Positions 23,937 through 35,847 of a stretch of DNA of 64,000 nucleotides are shown piece by piece. The stretch covers positions 736,001 through 800,000 of the forward strand of contig CAWBAT010000005.1 in NCBI GenBank assembly GCA_963786955.1. Direction: 5' to 3'. The translations under genes and the position numbers were made by a program. This DNA is from an uncultured Acidimicrobiia bacterium (GTDB lineage Bacteria > Acidobacteriota > Terriglobia > Versatilivoradales > Versatilivoraceae). Each line of letters begins with the position of its first letter. Position 1 is the first letter of the stretch. The notes beneath the pieces are model-generated. The model worked only from the letters and a program-made list of their open reading frames with translations, did not search any database and was not told the origin of the DNA.

Positions 23937-24146
23937 TTATGAGCGGGACTCTTCCAAACCAAACTCTTCTCTGGAAATGAATTCTTCCAGAAAGGGAAGA
24001 TCCTGTTGGGTGCAGAGGACAATCGGAGTAAACGGCAGCTTCTTGGCGCAGCTCAGCGCCTCTTTAACGGACTGGCAAAAATTAAAGAGTTGCAGCGTTT
24101 TGCCGCGGTAAGCCCAAACACTAATTGGGAAAAGACTTTTTCTCAT
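23937..24146 (-). CDS. Small hypothetical protein
   Basis: 69-aa ORF with GGAG upstream; no recognisable motif. Confidence 0.4.
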   Translation of the reverse strand: MRKSLFPISVWAYRGKTLQLFNFCQSVKEALSCAKKLPFTPIVLCTQQDLPFLEEFISREEFGLEESRS

Positions 24147-24689
24147 TGGGATACTCCATCAAAGCAACAAGCAAAAACGTAAAACAACATCAATGATACA
24201 CATTGTTATTTTGACTTGAAAAGTCGAAATTGCGTTGACTATCAATACCAGCCGGAGGACAAGGCCAATAGTCTCTGACGAATCGGATTGCATTGACCTT
24301 ACTTAGATTGAGTGTGCAACAAACAACAGAAAGCCATTGAAAACGGCTTCATGAAAACCTTGGCGGAATTACAGATTGTTCTCGATATACACCCACCTTA
24401 TCGTCATCACCACTTCCAAACTTTAGACCCGACCATCTCCATTTTACAAATGCGGGAAGCTTCTTCGCTCAGGGACACCTTCCTGAATTTCCATATTTTG
24501 ATTTGTCTGTTTACCGATCTATTAGATTAATCTGAGCTGGCTAGGGGTTGCCTGAAAAATCCTGATCAAAAAAACAAACTGCCATTGCAAAGTGCCACTT
24601 GTCAAATCAGACAAATCATGAAAGAGACAATACAATGCGTGTGCTAAACTCACCGAACAAGGAGATCAACATTCGAAAGGGACCTTGTC

Positions 24690-25598
24690 ATGATTAAGAC
24701 GCTCTATCTTCGAAGGATTGTCAGCCTTAGCTTTCTCTCTCTGTGTTTGCTTGCTCCGGTTGCGATCCGGACCGATGAGAAACCCGAAGTCGGCCAAAAA
24801 AGCTGTCTTTGGAAAGTAACTTCAAAGCAGAGCACGGTTTATCTTCTCGGGGCGATCCATCTCATGCGGGAAGATGGCTACCCGCTCAACCAGTCGATTG
24901 AAAGTGCCTACCATGACGCACAAACATTGGTGCTGGAAATCAATCTGGATGAAGCCGCTTCCAGCGAAGCTCAATCATTAATGATTTCAAAAGGACTATA
25001 TCCTGCTGGTCAGACTCTGCGAGAGAGCCTGTCACCGAAGACGTTTGAGCTGGTTAAGAAGAAAACGGAAGAGCTAGGGCTTAATATTCAACAAGTGAAT
25101 CGGCTGAAACCCTGGCTGGTCACGATGACTCTGGCCGCCATGCAGCTGGAGCAGTTGGGCTATGACTCCAAGCTCGGAATTGACAAGCATTTCTTCGATC
25201 AGGCCAGAACAGACAAGAAGGAAATTCTCAGCCTGGAATCGATTGAATATCAAGTGAGCTTATTGGAAGGCATGTCTTCTGGCAATCAGGAAGCGGCATT
25301 GCTTGAGACAATTCAAGAACTAGACCTCTTTAAAAAGGAATTCGAAGAAATTGTCAAAGCCTGGTCAAACGGGGAGAGCAAGAAGCTCGACGAGCTACTT
25401 TTTGAAAGCTTCAAAGATTATCCTGAACTCCTCAATCAATTAATTGTCCAAAGAAACAAGAACTGGGTCCCCAAAATCGAAGAGTTCTTGAATCACAAGG
25501 GCAATGTTCTGGTCGTCGTAGGGGCCGCCCACCTGATCGGGAATAGAGGCGTGATCGAAATGCTCCGGCAAAAGGGTTATGTTGTCGAACAGCTATGA
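24690..25598 (+). CDS. TraB/GumN (TIKI-like) family protein
   Basis: Signal peptide, LWKV...YLLGAIH, GID, LE, QRNKNW, VVVGAAHL. Confidence 0.92.
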   Translation: MIKTLYLRRIVSLSFLSLCLLAPVAIRTDEKPEVGQKSCLWKVTSKQSTVYLLGAIHLMREDGYPLNQSIESAYHDAQTLVLEINLDEAASSEAQSLMISKGLYPAGQTLRESLSPKTFELVKKKTEELGLNIQQVNRLKPWLVTMTLAAMQLEQLGYDSKLGIDKHFFDQARTDKKEILSLESIEYQVSLLEGMSSGNQEAALLETIQELDLFKKEFEEIVKAWSNGESKKLDELLFESFKDYPELLNQLIVQRNKNWVPKIEEFLNHKGNVLVVVGAAHLIGNRGVIEMLRQKGYVVEQL

Positions 25599-26930
25599 AG
25601 CCACAAATTCATCCGGGGAAAAACTCGGTGACACTTCCCAACCTACATAGGTCGTGAGAGGAATCACTTCAGGGATGGTTGCTGGTCTTCTTGGGCTATT
25701 ACGAAAGAGCCACATGGCGGTAATTGATGCCAAGAGAACCATGGCCGCTCCAGCCCAAAGCCAACTCCGCCAGGTCATTCGATCGGCAAACTTGAGGCGG
25801 GTTCGACTTCCTGCCTCGATAGTCTCTTCCACTGCCTGTAGTGCGCCCCTGAGTTCCTCCACGGTCTGCCAGCGGGCATCAGGCGACTTTTCCAGGCAGC
25901 GATTGATGATCTTTTCCAGGTCGGGGGGAAACGCGGTCGAGATCTCGCAGATAGGCTTGGGATCCTTCTTTATGATCGCTACCCTCGTCGAGGTCTTTGA
26001 GTCTCCCCGAAAAGCCTTCTGGCCGGTCACCATCTCATACAACACCGAGCCAAAACTGAAGATGTCTGATCGTGTATCCGTCTTTTTGCCTTCAGATTGC
26101 TCAGGAGACATGTAAGCGTCTGTCCCCAGGATTTCTCCCTCCTGCGTATAGGGGCCGCCGTTAGTCCTAGGAGATGGCACTCGATAGGACACTCCCCTGT
26201 CAGCTTGTTCAGCCAGCTTGGCCAAGCCGAAATCCAGTACCTTCACCAAACCTCTTTCGCTCACCATCACGTTGCTGGGCTTCAGGTCGCGATGCACAAT
26301 GCCTACCGCATGGGCGCTGATCAAGGCTTCCGAAATCTGGAGCGCATAACACAGTGCTTCGTTCAGATCGAGCCCAGTGGGAGGGATTAGCTGATCCAGA
26401 GTCTTGCCTGCGATATACTCCATCACCATGTAATCAATCTCATATTCACGGTTTGTATCGTAAATGGTGATGATGTTGGGATGGTTCAGGGCCGAGGCCG
26501 ATTTGGCTTCTTGCAGAAACCTTTGCTTGCGTTCGGCATCAGCGAGTTTCGCCAGACGCATCATCTTGATGGCAACAAAGCGCTCCAGCCGGCTATCACG
26601 GGCCTTATACACAACCCCCATCCCGCCTTCACCCAGCTTGTCGAGGATTTGATAATGTCCTATGGCTTGCCCGATCTTTCGGCCATCGAGGAGTGAATTC
26701 CCGTTCAGTTCAGGGACCGCCTGATTGAGCAATGAAACCACTGAACCTACTAGCGGCTTATCGATGTAACTGCCGGCCTTATCATGCTCGGCGAGCAGTA
26801 ACTCGACCTCTTGCCGCAATTCCTCATCGCCGGTACAGAAGTCCCTTAAGAAGTCTGGGCGCTCGGCTGGTTAGCGCTCCAGCACGGCATCCAACAGCTC
26901 CGTAATTCGCTGCCATCGCTCTGGAGTCAT
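25593..26930 (-). pseudogene. Ser/Thr protein kinase, membrane-anchored, with premature stop and truncated PD40 C-terminus
   Basis: MTPERWQRI start at 26930, in-frame TAA at codon 20 (26871-26873), LGEGGMGVVY, HRDLKPSN, DFG, TM helix; ends after the first PSFSPD motif. Confidence 0.8.
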
Positions 26931-27061
26931 CTTTAAAGTCAGGAGTGATCAGTAAGAAGTGGGAGTAATTATAGACACGTTGGTCCAGACATTGAAAGAG
27001 CGATTTAAAGTTTTGGGGAACTCTGGTTAAGGATGGGTTCGTGTCTTTTGGTCGTTAACCG

Positions 27062-27637
27062 CTACCTGTCTTGCTTTACCACATTGCCGACTTCCCGATG
27101 AAGCCAGGCTTTGGCGGCACTCCAGTCCCGTTTTACGGTCTTTGGCGCCACACCCAAAACCTCAGCCGTTTCTTCTACTGTCAGGCCACCAAAAAAACGC
27201 AATTCCACGATCTGAGTCTGCCGGGGAGACAGTTCAGCCAACCTCGTCAGTGCTTCATCCAGTGCCACCAACTCTCGTGAACGTTCGGGAGAAAAGCATT
27301 CCAGCTCTTCTTCTAATGTTACTTCCATCTCCCGGCCTCTCCGCTTCCCTGTTTGATGGGCCCGAGCATAATCGACCAAAACACGGCGCATCATTTGAGC
27401 TGCCACCCCCAGGAAATGGGCGCGGTTTTGCCACTTAACTTCTTCCTGCCCAACCAGCCTCAGGTAGGCTTCATGAATCAAGGCAGTGGGTTGCAGCGTG
27501 TGATCGGGCCGCTGCTGGCTCATATAGTGCAGGGCCAGCCGGCGCAGCTCATCGTAAACCAGCTCCATGAGCTTCGAAGAAGTCTCGGGCTTTCCGTTTT
27601 TTAAATTGGCCAGCAGATCCGTAACATCACCAGGCAT
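27062..27637 (-). CDS. ECF sigma factor, kinase-associated (TIGR02999-like)
   Basis: VYDELRRLA, HTLQPTALIHEAYLRL, ELRFFGGL, TVKRDW..AKAWL. Confidence 0.93.
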   Translation of the reverse strand: MPGDVTDLLANLKNGKPETSSKLMELVYDELRRLALHYMSQQRPDHTLQPTALIHEAYLRLVGQEEVKWQNRAHFLGVAAQMMRRVLVDYARAHQTGKRRGREMEVTLEEELECFSPERSRELVALDEALTRLAELSPRQTQIVELRFFGGLTVEETAEVLGVAPKTVKRDWSAAKAWLHREVGNVVKQDR

Positions 27638-27754
27638 AGTCGGCTCCCCTTAACTTGCAGAAATCATGATAGATGTCCGACTCCTAATCCCAAACCTTAT
27701 TTTATACCCAGGGCTTGATCCGTTGCAGAAATTTATGCCTCCTCGCAAAAAAAA

Positions 27755-27785
27755 TGACCCAATTTTAGAAAAAAACTCGCGTTAA
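27755..27785 (+). promoter_or_regulatory. Candidate ECF-type promoter for the divergent secreted ORF
   Basis: TGACCC-N17-CGCGTTAA upstream of 28025; pattern inference only. Confidence 0.3.
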
Positions 27786-28024
27786 TAAAGTGAAAGCAAA
27801 AAGATGCGAGTTTTTGAACGAGGGAGACCTGATTAATCTGAATTAGTCGGGAATTCAAGTTTTGCCAAACGAACTGTCCAAACGCAGCTTATCTGTTGGG
27901 CCGGATGGGGGGGGGTCCGGCCTGTCGTGCCCGAAATTTTTGATAAACGAAGTTGTCGTTAAAAGTTTCGAAATGAAGCTCAGTTTCTGATTTTCAATTT
28001 TGATTTCCATAAAGGAGAACAACG

Positions 28025-28246
28025 ATGAGAAAAAGTCTGCTGCTCACCATAGGTCTAGTTGTCTGCGTTCTGGTTACCGCCGCTTCGTTTGCGGCAGGGG
28101 GGAAACCAGGCAGCACAGCCCCTAATGCACAGGAAACCTACGGAAATAAAACATGCTCTAATAGCCACGGTCGATACAGACATCGCAAAACTAGAGCCTG
28201 GGTTACTGTGATGGCCGATTGGCCCAGAGTGGCTTTTCCTTGCTGA
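28025..28246 (+). pseudogene. Truncated secreted protein (probable ECF target)
   Basis: AAAGGAG RBS and a clear signal peptide, then runs into the 3' end of the convergent GH127 gene. Confidence 0.55.
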
Positions 28247-30110
28247 AGCGGACTGGTTCGACATTCGCGACTTTCAACCAGGTCTTATAAGGATTTCCAT
28301 AGGCGCCCGCCGAAGCAAAATCACATAGCGTCACCTCCACACCATTGATCCCCTTCACTTTAATCATCATCCACGGCTGAACCGGGCGTTTCGAAGCAAC
28401 GAATTGAAACCCCAGAGTTCGGGCATCGAATTCTGTCAGATTATTGTCTTCATACGAATCAAAAGCGGGGTCATAAGCAAGTAAGATGGGCCCTCGATAG
28501 ATCGAGGTCTTTCCAAGCGATTCTCTTTCGCCAACCCAATAATGGAAGGACATGTCTAGATCCATCGATAACGTATCTCCATCCTTCCAATCACGAGTCA
28601 AGGCTCAAATAGGAACCGGTCTTGACGTCGATAACTGGCGATCCATTAAGCTCAACATTCGTCCTTTTAGACCAGGAAGGGATCCGCAGTTTCAATTCAA
28701 ACTTTTCGGATTTTGGGAATCCCGATTCGCAGTGCGATCTTGCCATTAACAGGATAGTCCGTGTCTTGGTGGAGCGTCAGCATTTGTCCACCCGGGGTCT
28801 TTGTCTTGAATTCAGAAGGACCATAATAATTAAGCACCACCCCTTCTTTGGAGCGAAGCAGAACCCACTCACTCAAAAGAACCATGCCGCGAGGACCGTT
28901 CACTGAACAGCAATTGAGCTCCGGACTCCCGGCGCGGCATTGAAAATGGATCGTGTGAGCTGAGGCTTCCTTGATCCCTTCCATAGGTGTTGTATAAGTC
29001 CACCAGCTTCCTGACGGCGATTGCCCACCGATGTTGGCATTGAAGGTCGTTAACTCGATCTCGTCCGCAACGAGCGAGTTTCCGGTGAGTTTCAACATCG
29101 CGATGCTCATATCGATCCAGCCTACGGTGGAACAAGTCTCAATGTTGGAAGTGTCATAAGGATTGCCGGTAGCCCGTTCTCCAGAACTAAATCCCCCCGT
29201 GTTATGCCGGTCTCCTTTTAGAATGCTGTACCAGATATGGGTGAAGGCCTGGCGATACTTGGGGTCTCCGGTAAGAAGGGCCATTTCATACAGGCCAAGG
29301 AAGTCATGCAAACTCTCCCAGCGGTTCCCTGGGAATTGGTGCATTTCATAACCCGTCAACGCCATCCTCAGATAGAGAGGGCCCTCGGGTTGATCCCACT
29401 GATTCACAATCCAGTTGGCCATCTCCAGATATTGCGGCTTTTCGGTCAATCGATATAAAAGCGCAAACGCATGGATGACGGCATAGTTCATCTGGCCATA
29501 GCTGCCATCATTTCTCATATCCACATTTTGATTGAGGTAGGTTTTGACAATCAGGTCCGCTGCTCGTGTTGCCGCTTCAAGCGCCTTAGGATCTCCAAAT
29601 TCCTGGTAATAAAGGAGCAATGCCCGAATGACCCAGTAATGGCCCCAGACATCCCAGTTTTGAGGGGAACTCGGGGGTTTTCGAATTCCGGTTAAGCGGC
29701 TCTCTTGATTGAAGGGCCCCAGGTAGCCATCAGGTCCTTGGCTTTCCAGGAAGCGTTGCATGACTTTCTGAATGAGGGCTTTTTGAGCGGGATCACGAAG
29801 AATCCTGTAACTGAGAATTGAAGCACACAAATACTTCCCAACAAACTCTCCGTGCCAGGGAAGCAAATTTCTGCTCGGTTTACTCTCACGGTCAAAGAAG
29901 ACTTCAAGCATCGCGGGATTGGAATCAGGCACTCGAAGCTCCCACCTTTCCATGTTCGCGACCAGCCTCTGCCCGACGAACCCACCAAAACGGAACTGGG
30001 CATCAACCGGTTCATCAAAGACAGGATCGATCTTGTATCACCACCGGCGCTCCCCAACAGAGATGGTGAAAGCATCATCAGGAGAAGCAGAAAGGCACAA
30101 CTTTCAACGC
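28203..30110 (-). CDS. GH127-like beta-L-arabinofuranosidase, frameshifted (start approximate)
   Basis: [51 protein letters not shown]. Confidence 0.85.
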
Positions 30111-30598
30111 ATCGATTAGGAAGAAATATTTTTGGCAATGAAACCTCCTGGTGTGAAATACTTTGTCCTGCGAACACTGTGAGTGAGAGCAGGCATTATA
30201 GACATTTGGCAACTTATACAACCCAGAAGATATGTGTCTAATACCAGGTGACTTCCAATGCTTAGGGAAGATGAGAAACGCAAATACCCCCTCATTCGCC
30301 ACACTGCGGATCGATTTGAGAAATGAGTGGTCAATTCATGAGAAGGAATGTTCCAAATTAACGCAGCCTTAGATGGACGAATACACTTTCCCCGCAATTT
30401 AATTAATTTCATTCTATCGGGCCATTCCGCGGGGCCAGCTCGCACACAGGTCACTCCTAACGGAGCTACGTCTATTGACAATTCTGAGGTTCTATAAAAG
30501 ACCGCCGCGCCGCGGGTATTCATGGTGAAACTCCCCCGTCTATGTCGATTGACAAGTATGGCTCCGTTAGGGCCGCCTCCTGTCTGTAGTGTCCGGTT

Positions 30599-31630
30599 TC
30601 AATCGGTCCTGAAAGTCTCCAGAGGAGCGACCGGTAAAGAATGTTCTCTTCGCGAAGCATCAGAGTCGCATTGTAACTTGCGCGGTTCGTCGTGAAGAAC
30701 CAAAACCCGCAGAACCAGAAATCGAATCTGCGCTACACCACCCTGTGTTGACATCATGGTGAACACGTTGGCAGTTGACAAGTTAGCGGTAATCCGATTC
30801 CCGAACCACTTCTTAGGCGGTCCAAAATTGACGGTCATTCCCAGAATGAACTGATAATCCAGAAATCCCCCATAAAGACCCAGTTGTTGAGTTGCCATTT
30901 CCACGGCAATTTTCTCATTCACCTGATACTCCAATCCTTCCACCAGAGAGAGTCCATGGAAACCACCCGTGGATCGTTCATACACCATATTCCCATAGGG
31001 AGTAAAGTGACTCATGGCTCCCGCATTGGCAAGCTTTCTCCCGTAACCTCCCACTAAATCCAGAGTCCCAGCCGGATTGGTTGGCGAAGGTGAAGTGGCA
31101 CCGGTCCAACTCGCACTAACTCCCGCGGTATTCGCCCCCGATTCGTATCGGGCAATGGCGACTGCTCCCAATCGCGCGCCTTTTTCATCTCGCCAGTAAA
31201 ATGTGGCCACCGGGGCAATCGCCACATTCCATTTCGGGCCTGCGTAAAGTACGGTGGTTGAGGCAACCGTAATATGATCGCTGAATTGAACGGACCGCTG
31301 GTCAGTCAGTTTGGAACTGTAAACCGAATCAAAACTGGCACTCAACTCCGTCCGTCCCCAAAAACCCGTCCCCGTGCCTGGAGTTAATTTGAGAGTCGTC
31401 GGCATGAAGAAGGTTCCGGTGGTCGAGTAAATATTGCTCCACTCGGTTTCAAAGGTGCCTGGCTCGGTAATGATGGAGTTAATATTGAGACGCCGGCGCA
31501 GGCTTGGCCCCGCGGATCTCTGGCCAGGACGGCGAGAGCGGATCTTGCCTCGAGAAGGCAATGTAGCGAGTAGACCACCAAGGGATCCCAAGAAGAAGAA
31601 CGTAAATCCCAGCAACTGAGTTCGAACCAT
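30599..31630 (-). CDS. Hypothetical protein, probable outer-membrane beta-barrel/transporter-like
   Basis: Hydrophobic N-terminus, ITEPGTFETE, amphipathic beta strands ending LGMTVNF. Confidence 0.5.
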   Translation of the reverse strand: MVRTQLLGFTFFFLGSLGGLLATLPSRGKIRSRRPGQRSAGPSLRRRLNINSIITEPGTFETEWSNIYSTTGTFFMPTTLKLTPGTGTGFWGRTELSASFDSVYSSKLTDQRSVQFSDHITVASTTVLYAGPKWNVAIAPVATFYWRDEKGARLGAVAIARYESGANTAGVSASWTGATSPSPTNPAGTLDLVGGYGRKLANAGAMSHFTPYGNMVYERSTGGFHGLSLVEGLEYQVNEKIAVEMATQQLGLYGGFLDYQFILGMTVNFGPPKKWFGNRITANLSTANVFTMMSTQGGVAQIRFLVLRVLVLHDEPRKLQCDSDASRREHSLPVAPLETFRTD

Positions 31631-31911
31631 TTACAAAGATAGGGCTGATCGAGTTCGCAGTGATATTCGCCGGATTTGAAGACAGAGTCTGATAGGCAGA
31701 ATATCAAAGCAATGTGAGAACTCTTTGACTGCCTCAAGAGTTCTTATACTCCCTTCCATCTGGCGCTTTCATTTCTCTTGGAATGGACCAACGGGAATCC
31801 ATTCGGGAAACAGTAACGTGCTAAGTTGTTAATTCTGAGATCCTTTTCCCCTTCGGGCAACAATCGGAAAAACCGGCCAATGTCAACCGCATTCGGGGTC
31901 ACCGCCCCCAT

Positions 31912-33606
31912 TTAAAGCAATACAGAAATGGTGAGACTACACTGGGCGGGAGTTTCGGATACCTTTATGCCAGGGAGGAGGGAAAGGGATACCCATGGCT
32001 TTACTAGAATCTTCTCTGCGGCCAGGATGCCTCTATATTGAGCTTCCTCGAAAATCGAAAATCCGCTGAGATCTGAATGGGCAAAGTGAATATTCCCGAT
32101 CGACTGTGCCGCCTCTTGCCTGGCGGCCCCCCACATGAATCCGGGTCTTGGTCGCACCATGGCGTGTCCCCAGCGGAACACGTCAACCTGAGTGATCAAT
32201 TGTGCAATGTCGGGATGGGGTTTGCTAAGATCTCGAACAATGAAGTCGAGCCAACTTCTCCAATCCATCTCCAACAACCGAGTTCTCTCATGGGAAGCCG
32301 GAGGATCCCGTCATCGCGTAGTAGTAGGTGAACACGGTTTCAGGAATAAATGTCTTTAGACTCTGATGTGTCGCGACCACATATCCGAGAGATTCACTGT
32401 CGTAGATGACATTATCCCAGGAAAGAGGGAAGCCGCTTCGAGGGAGCGGGAAATTTTTCAAGCTCAGGTTGGCGACCATCCAGGGGGCATATTCGAATTC
32501 AGCCGAAATTCTCGAGGTTGTCTTCTGCCGCAGGATCTAACAAGTATTTTCCCAAGAATCTCGGACAGGAAAGAACCACATGGGATGCCTGAATGCGTGT
32601 CGAGCTCCCCGTCTGGAAATGATAGACATCGACCAGCACCGAGTTTTTTGCCGGCTGCAACACGAAAGACCAATGAGCTGAGTCGTGATCGACGTTGCCA
32701 GTGATTCCCGCAATCGGCGAATGATCCAGCCATTCCCTTCGGGCCAGGTCAGCACACTTGTATTTTCGATCTCTTCGTCTCCCGCATCCCGACTGGCAAA
32801 ATAATGCAGTCCCGCCCAGGCGGAAACGATGGTATAAGACGTCCCAAAGTCGTCACGACAGGCATAATTGATATACCAGTGCAAGTGAGGAGAATCAAAA
32901 TGATTACTCTTCAGATACTCGTGCATCGAAATTCGATCCAAATCCAGAAACTCCGGATCCCGCGAGCTGAAATCCATGGGGATCGCAAACGGTTTCCGCC
33001 CATCTTTGCCGCGCCGGTGCCGATAACTGAGCATCAAATCCTTAAATCGATTGTACTCGTCCAGATCCCTTCGTGTGGCGCCGACCAGCGGGAGAAGTCC
33101 TTCTTGCCAGCGTCCATGGAGATAAAGACGTTCTTGGGGATCAGAAGCAAAGATACTGCTCCCGATAAATGGGCGTCCCTGCACTCGTGTAGCCTTCAAT
33201 AACCCCAACTCTTCCAGGAGTTCAACAACCGCCTTCGACTCACGGGTCGGAATGGGAAGGTAATGAGCCCCCCACGGAAACGGCGTAATCCGGTTTTCTC
33301 CGAAGATGGCATTCCCTCCGCACTCCGGCTCAAGCTCAAAGAACTGAAATTCATGGAACCCTGCCTTCTTGAGCTTCCAGGCTGCGCTCAACCCCGAGAC
33401 TCCACCCGCCGATGATGACTACCGGGACCTTATTTCATGCGATGGTGCAGGGATCTTCCCCTCTCGAAGCAAATGTCCGACCTGGTGAAAGGGGCCCTTA
33501 AGTTCACCTGTGATGGAGTGAAGTGGGGAGTCTTCCTGCAGGAAGAAAGAACTCCACCTGCAGAGGCAAGAGCGGATACCAATTGAAGAAACTTACGGCG
33601 GTTCAC
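31912..33606 (-). CDS. Tat-exported FAD-dependent amine-oxidase-like protein, frameshifted
   Basis: GTG start overlaps the speE stop; NRRKFL...LSSC; GG.GVSGLSAAWKL; PWGAHYLP; WGHAMVRP; FAHSDLSGFSIFEEA. The true stop may be 31965. Confidence 0.8.
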
Positions 33607-35101
33607 GGCGTCACCTGATGCCACTCGGATTCGTAGTATTGGACCAGAGCCTGGTTGTTGAGCCGGTTGATTTCCACTTCGACCGGCTGCATATCGTTGG
33701 GAAATTGGAAAAGTGCCGGAGCCGTTTCCGCCGTCAGAAACTTTAGGTCCGGGAGAAAAGTTTGGGGAACAGCATAGGGCCGCTTGGTAGCCAATACGAA
33801 ACCCCCACTCTCCAAAAGACGGGACATAGGTGTGGTAAGGCTTTACCTGGAATCCGACGCTTTCTAAGGTTTTCGTGATGCACCAAAATGAGCGGCGAGC
33901 AAACAAAGGCGACGTGGCTTGAACGACGACTGCGCCATTTACTGACAGATGCTTTTCCAGTAGCCGATAAAAAGCCGTTGTATAAAGCTTCCCCAGGGAG
34001 TGACTGGTCGGATCCGGGAAATCGATCACCGCAAAATCAAACATCTCATCACTTCCGTCCAGCCAGATAAAGGCATCGGCATTGATCACTTTGACTTTTG
34101 GCGAATGAAAGGAGTCCTGATTGAGCTTCCGCAGAAGAGGATTCTGCGTGAAAAGCCGGGTCATCTCCGGGTCTAAATCGACCAGCAGAATCTGTTCGAC
34201 ACATTCGTATTTCAGAATCTCGCGAATCGCCAATCCATCACCACCGCCCAGCACCAAAACATGCTTTGGCGCTTGTAGGAATTGAAGCCCGGGATGAACC
34301 AGAGCTTCGTGATAGCGATATTCGTCCCTGGAACTGAATTGCAGGTGACCATTGAGGAATAAACGCAGGTCATCCTTCCAGCGTGTCAACACAATCCGTT
34401 GATAGGGAGAAGACGTGGCGAAAATGATTTCATCACTGTAGAGATTCTCCTCGGAAAGCGTGGTAATCGGGTCGGCATAAACCAATCCCAGGAGAAGTGC
34501 CAGCGATGACGGCTAGACATTGACTGCGCATAAAGAGCACCTGAGGGAGTTGCCGACGAAACACCCAGGTTGTCCAGGCAGCCACCAAGGCATTGAGGAG
34601 TCCAAAAAAAAGGCTAGCCCTGACTAACCCCAGCTTGGGAGCTAGTACGATAGGGAACAAAAGGGATGCAACCAGCGCGCCTAAATAGTCGAACGTCAAG
34701 ACCTGCGAGACCAAATCTTTAAAGGCGAGTCGCTCCTTCAAAATTCTTAGCAAAAGCGGAATTTCCAGTCCCACGAGGACACCAATGATTGAAACCAAGA
34801 AGTAGAGGACGATCCGGAAAGAGTTGACATACGAGAAGATCAGGAATAAAGCGGCCGCGGAATAACCTCCGATGATGCCAACAAACAGTTCCATGAGAAT
34901 GAATTTGGAAATCAGGCCTTTGCCGATGTATCGAGAGAGATAGGACCCCATCCCCATCGAAAACAGATACGTCCCGATGATGGTGGAAAATTGAGTGACC
35001 GAATCCCCTAAGAGGTAGCTCGCCAGAGTACCCGCGATCAGTTCATAAACAAGTCCGCAAGAAGAAATAATGAAAACGGAGATCAGGAGAGCGTAAGTCA
35101 T
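33603..35101 (-). CDS. speE: Membrane-bound polyamine aminopropyltransferase (spermidine synthase-like), frameshifted
   Basis: N-terminal multi-TM domain (CGLVYEL); [39 protein letters not shown]. Confidence 0.9.
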
Positions 35102-35263
35102 GAGGGATTGGTCGAGGACAAGTGGTGAGTACTGGGCAATCTATCGAAGCTGCCCATTTGATACTGGGCTGACTGGCCGGCCACTCAAAAAAGGCCGGCC
35201 GAAGTTAAGGTGCCATGAGCGCTAACTTTAAAGTTCTGTCGCGAACTTGCATACAGAAAAGCG

Positions 35264-35400
35264 AAACGCCGCGGGACGGCGCCAAGAACACAATAGCAGC
35301 AGAACCTGAGGCCGCCGGAGTGCTTTCAACAATGTCTTTGGGTACTTCGTCGGCAGTCACGATTAGCTGTACCTTGGCGATCTTTGCGTTCCTGGCGTTT
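35264..35400. repeat. 9-bp CGCCAAG inverted-array element, copy A
   Basis: Degenerate left arm AAACGCC..GGCGCCAAG; right arm CTTGGCGAT CTTTGCGTT CCTGGCGTTT. Confidence 0.7.
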
Positions 35401-35432
35401 CCATCAGCCGATTAAGCGCTGTCTCAAGCGAG

Positions 35433-35651
35433 TCAGGAATGAATCGCGGCAGCAATGATGATACAAATGCCTAGCGACATCGCTCCAACTACAATGGCGA
35501 GAGCCGTATTATGCTCCTCAATAATTTCCTTCCACAGGTGATAGGGCGTTAGTTTGTCTATCAAGACAAATGAAACCCAGAAAATAAAGATCCCCAGAAC
35601 AGAAAAGACAACCGCATTCAATACGAAACCAAAATTGATCAGTCCGCTCAC
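35433..35651 (-). CDS. DUF350 (YjfL-like) small membrane protein
   Basis: IDKLTPYHLWKEIIEEHNTALAIVVGAMSLGICIIIAAAIH. Confidence 0.88.
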   Translation of the reverse strand: MSGLINFGFVLNAVVFSVLGIFIFWVSFVLIDKLTPYHLWKEIIEEHNTALAIVVGAMSLGICIIIAAAIHS

Positions 35652-35674
35652 GTTCGCCTCCCCTCCTTTGCCTT

Positions 35675-35845
35675 TCACTTGTGATAGAAACGCTGATAGA
35701 CACTTCGATAGGCGCCTGGATTGTCACGTATCGATTTGGGAATATTTTTCACTTCATCGTAACTCGTCAGACTCCACCCCCGATATTCAGCCCCCGTGTA
35801 AAGCCCCAGGACCAAAGTCCCGAAAAGCAAAAGAAAACGATACAT
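35675..35845 (-). CDS. Small membrane-anchored protein (56 aa, absent from the ORF track)
   Basis: Hand translation MYRFLLLFGTLVLGLYTGAEYRGWSLTSYDEVKNIPKSIRDNPGAYRSVYQRFYHK*; AGGAGG RBS; fills the operon gap. Confidence 0.75.
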   Translation of the reverse strand: MYRFLLLFGTLVLGLYTGAEYRGWSLTSYDEVKNIPKSIRDNPGAYRSVYQRFYHK

Positions 35846-35847
35846 GC

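Noticed and set aside
24690-25598. TraB as a sign of a conjugative element
   Set aside because: It is the TraB/GumN metalloprotease-like family, and no relaxase or T4SS genes are nearby.
26871-26873. Stop-codon recoding in the kinase
   Set aside because: It is a single TAA in a gene that is also truncated, and TAA terminates genes normally elsewhere in the window.
27899-27922. G-run hairpin as a riboswitch or phase-variable tract
   Set aside because: No recognisable riboswitch consensus, and homopolymer length is unreliable in this assembly.
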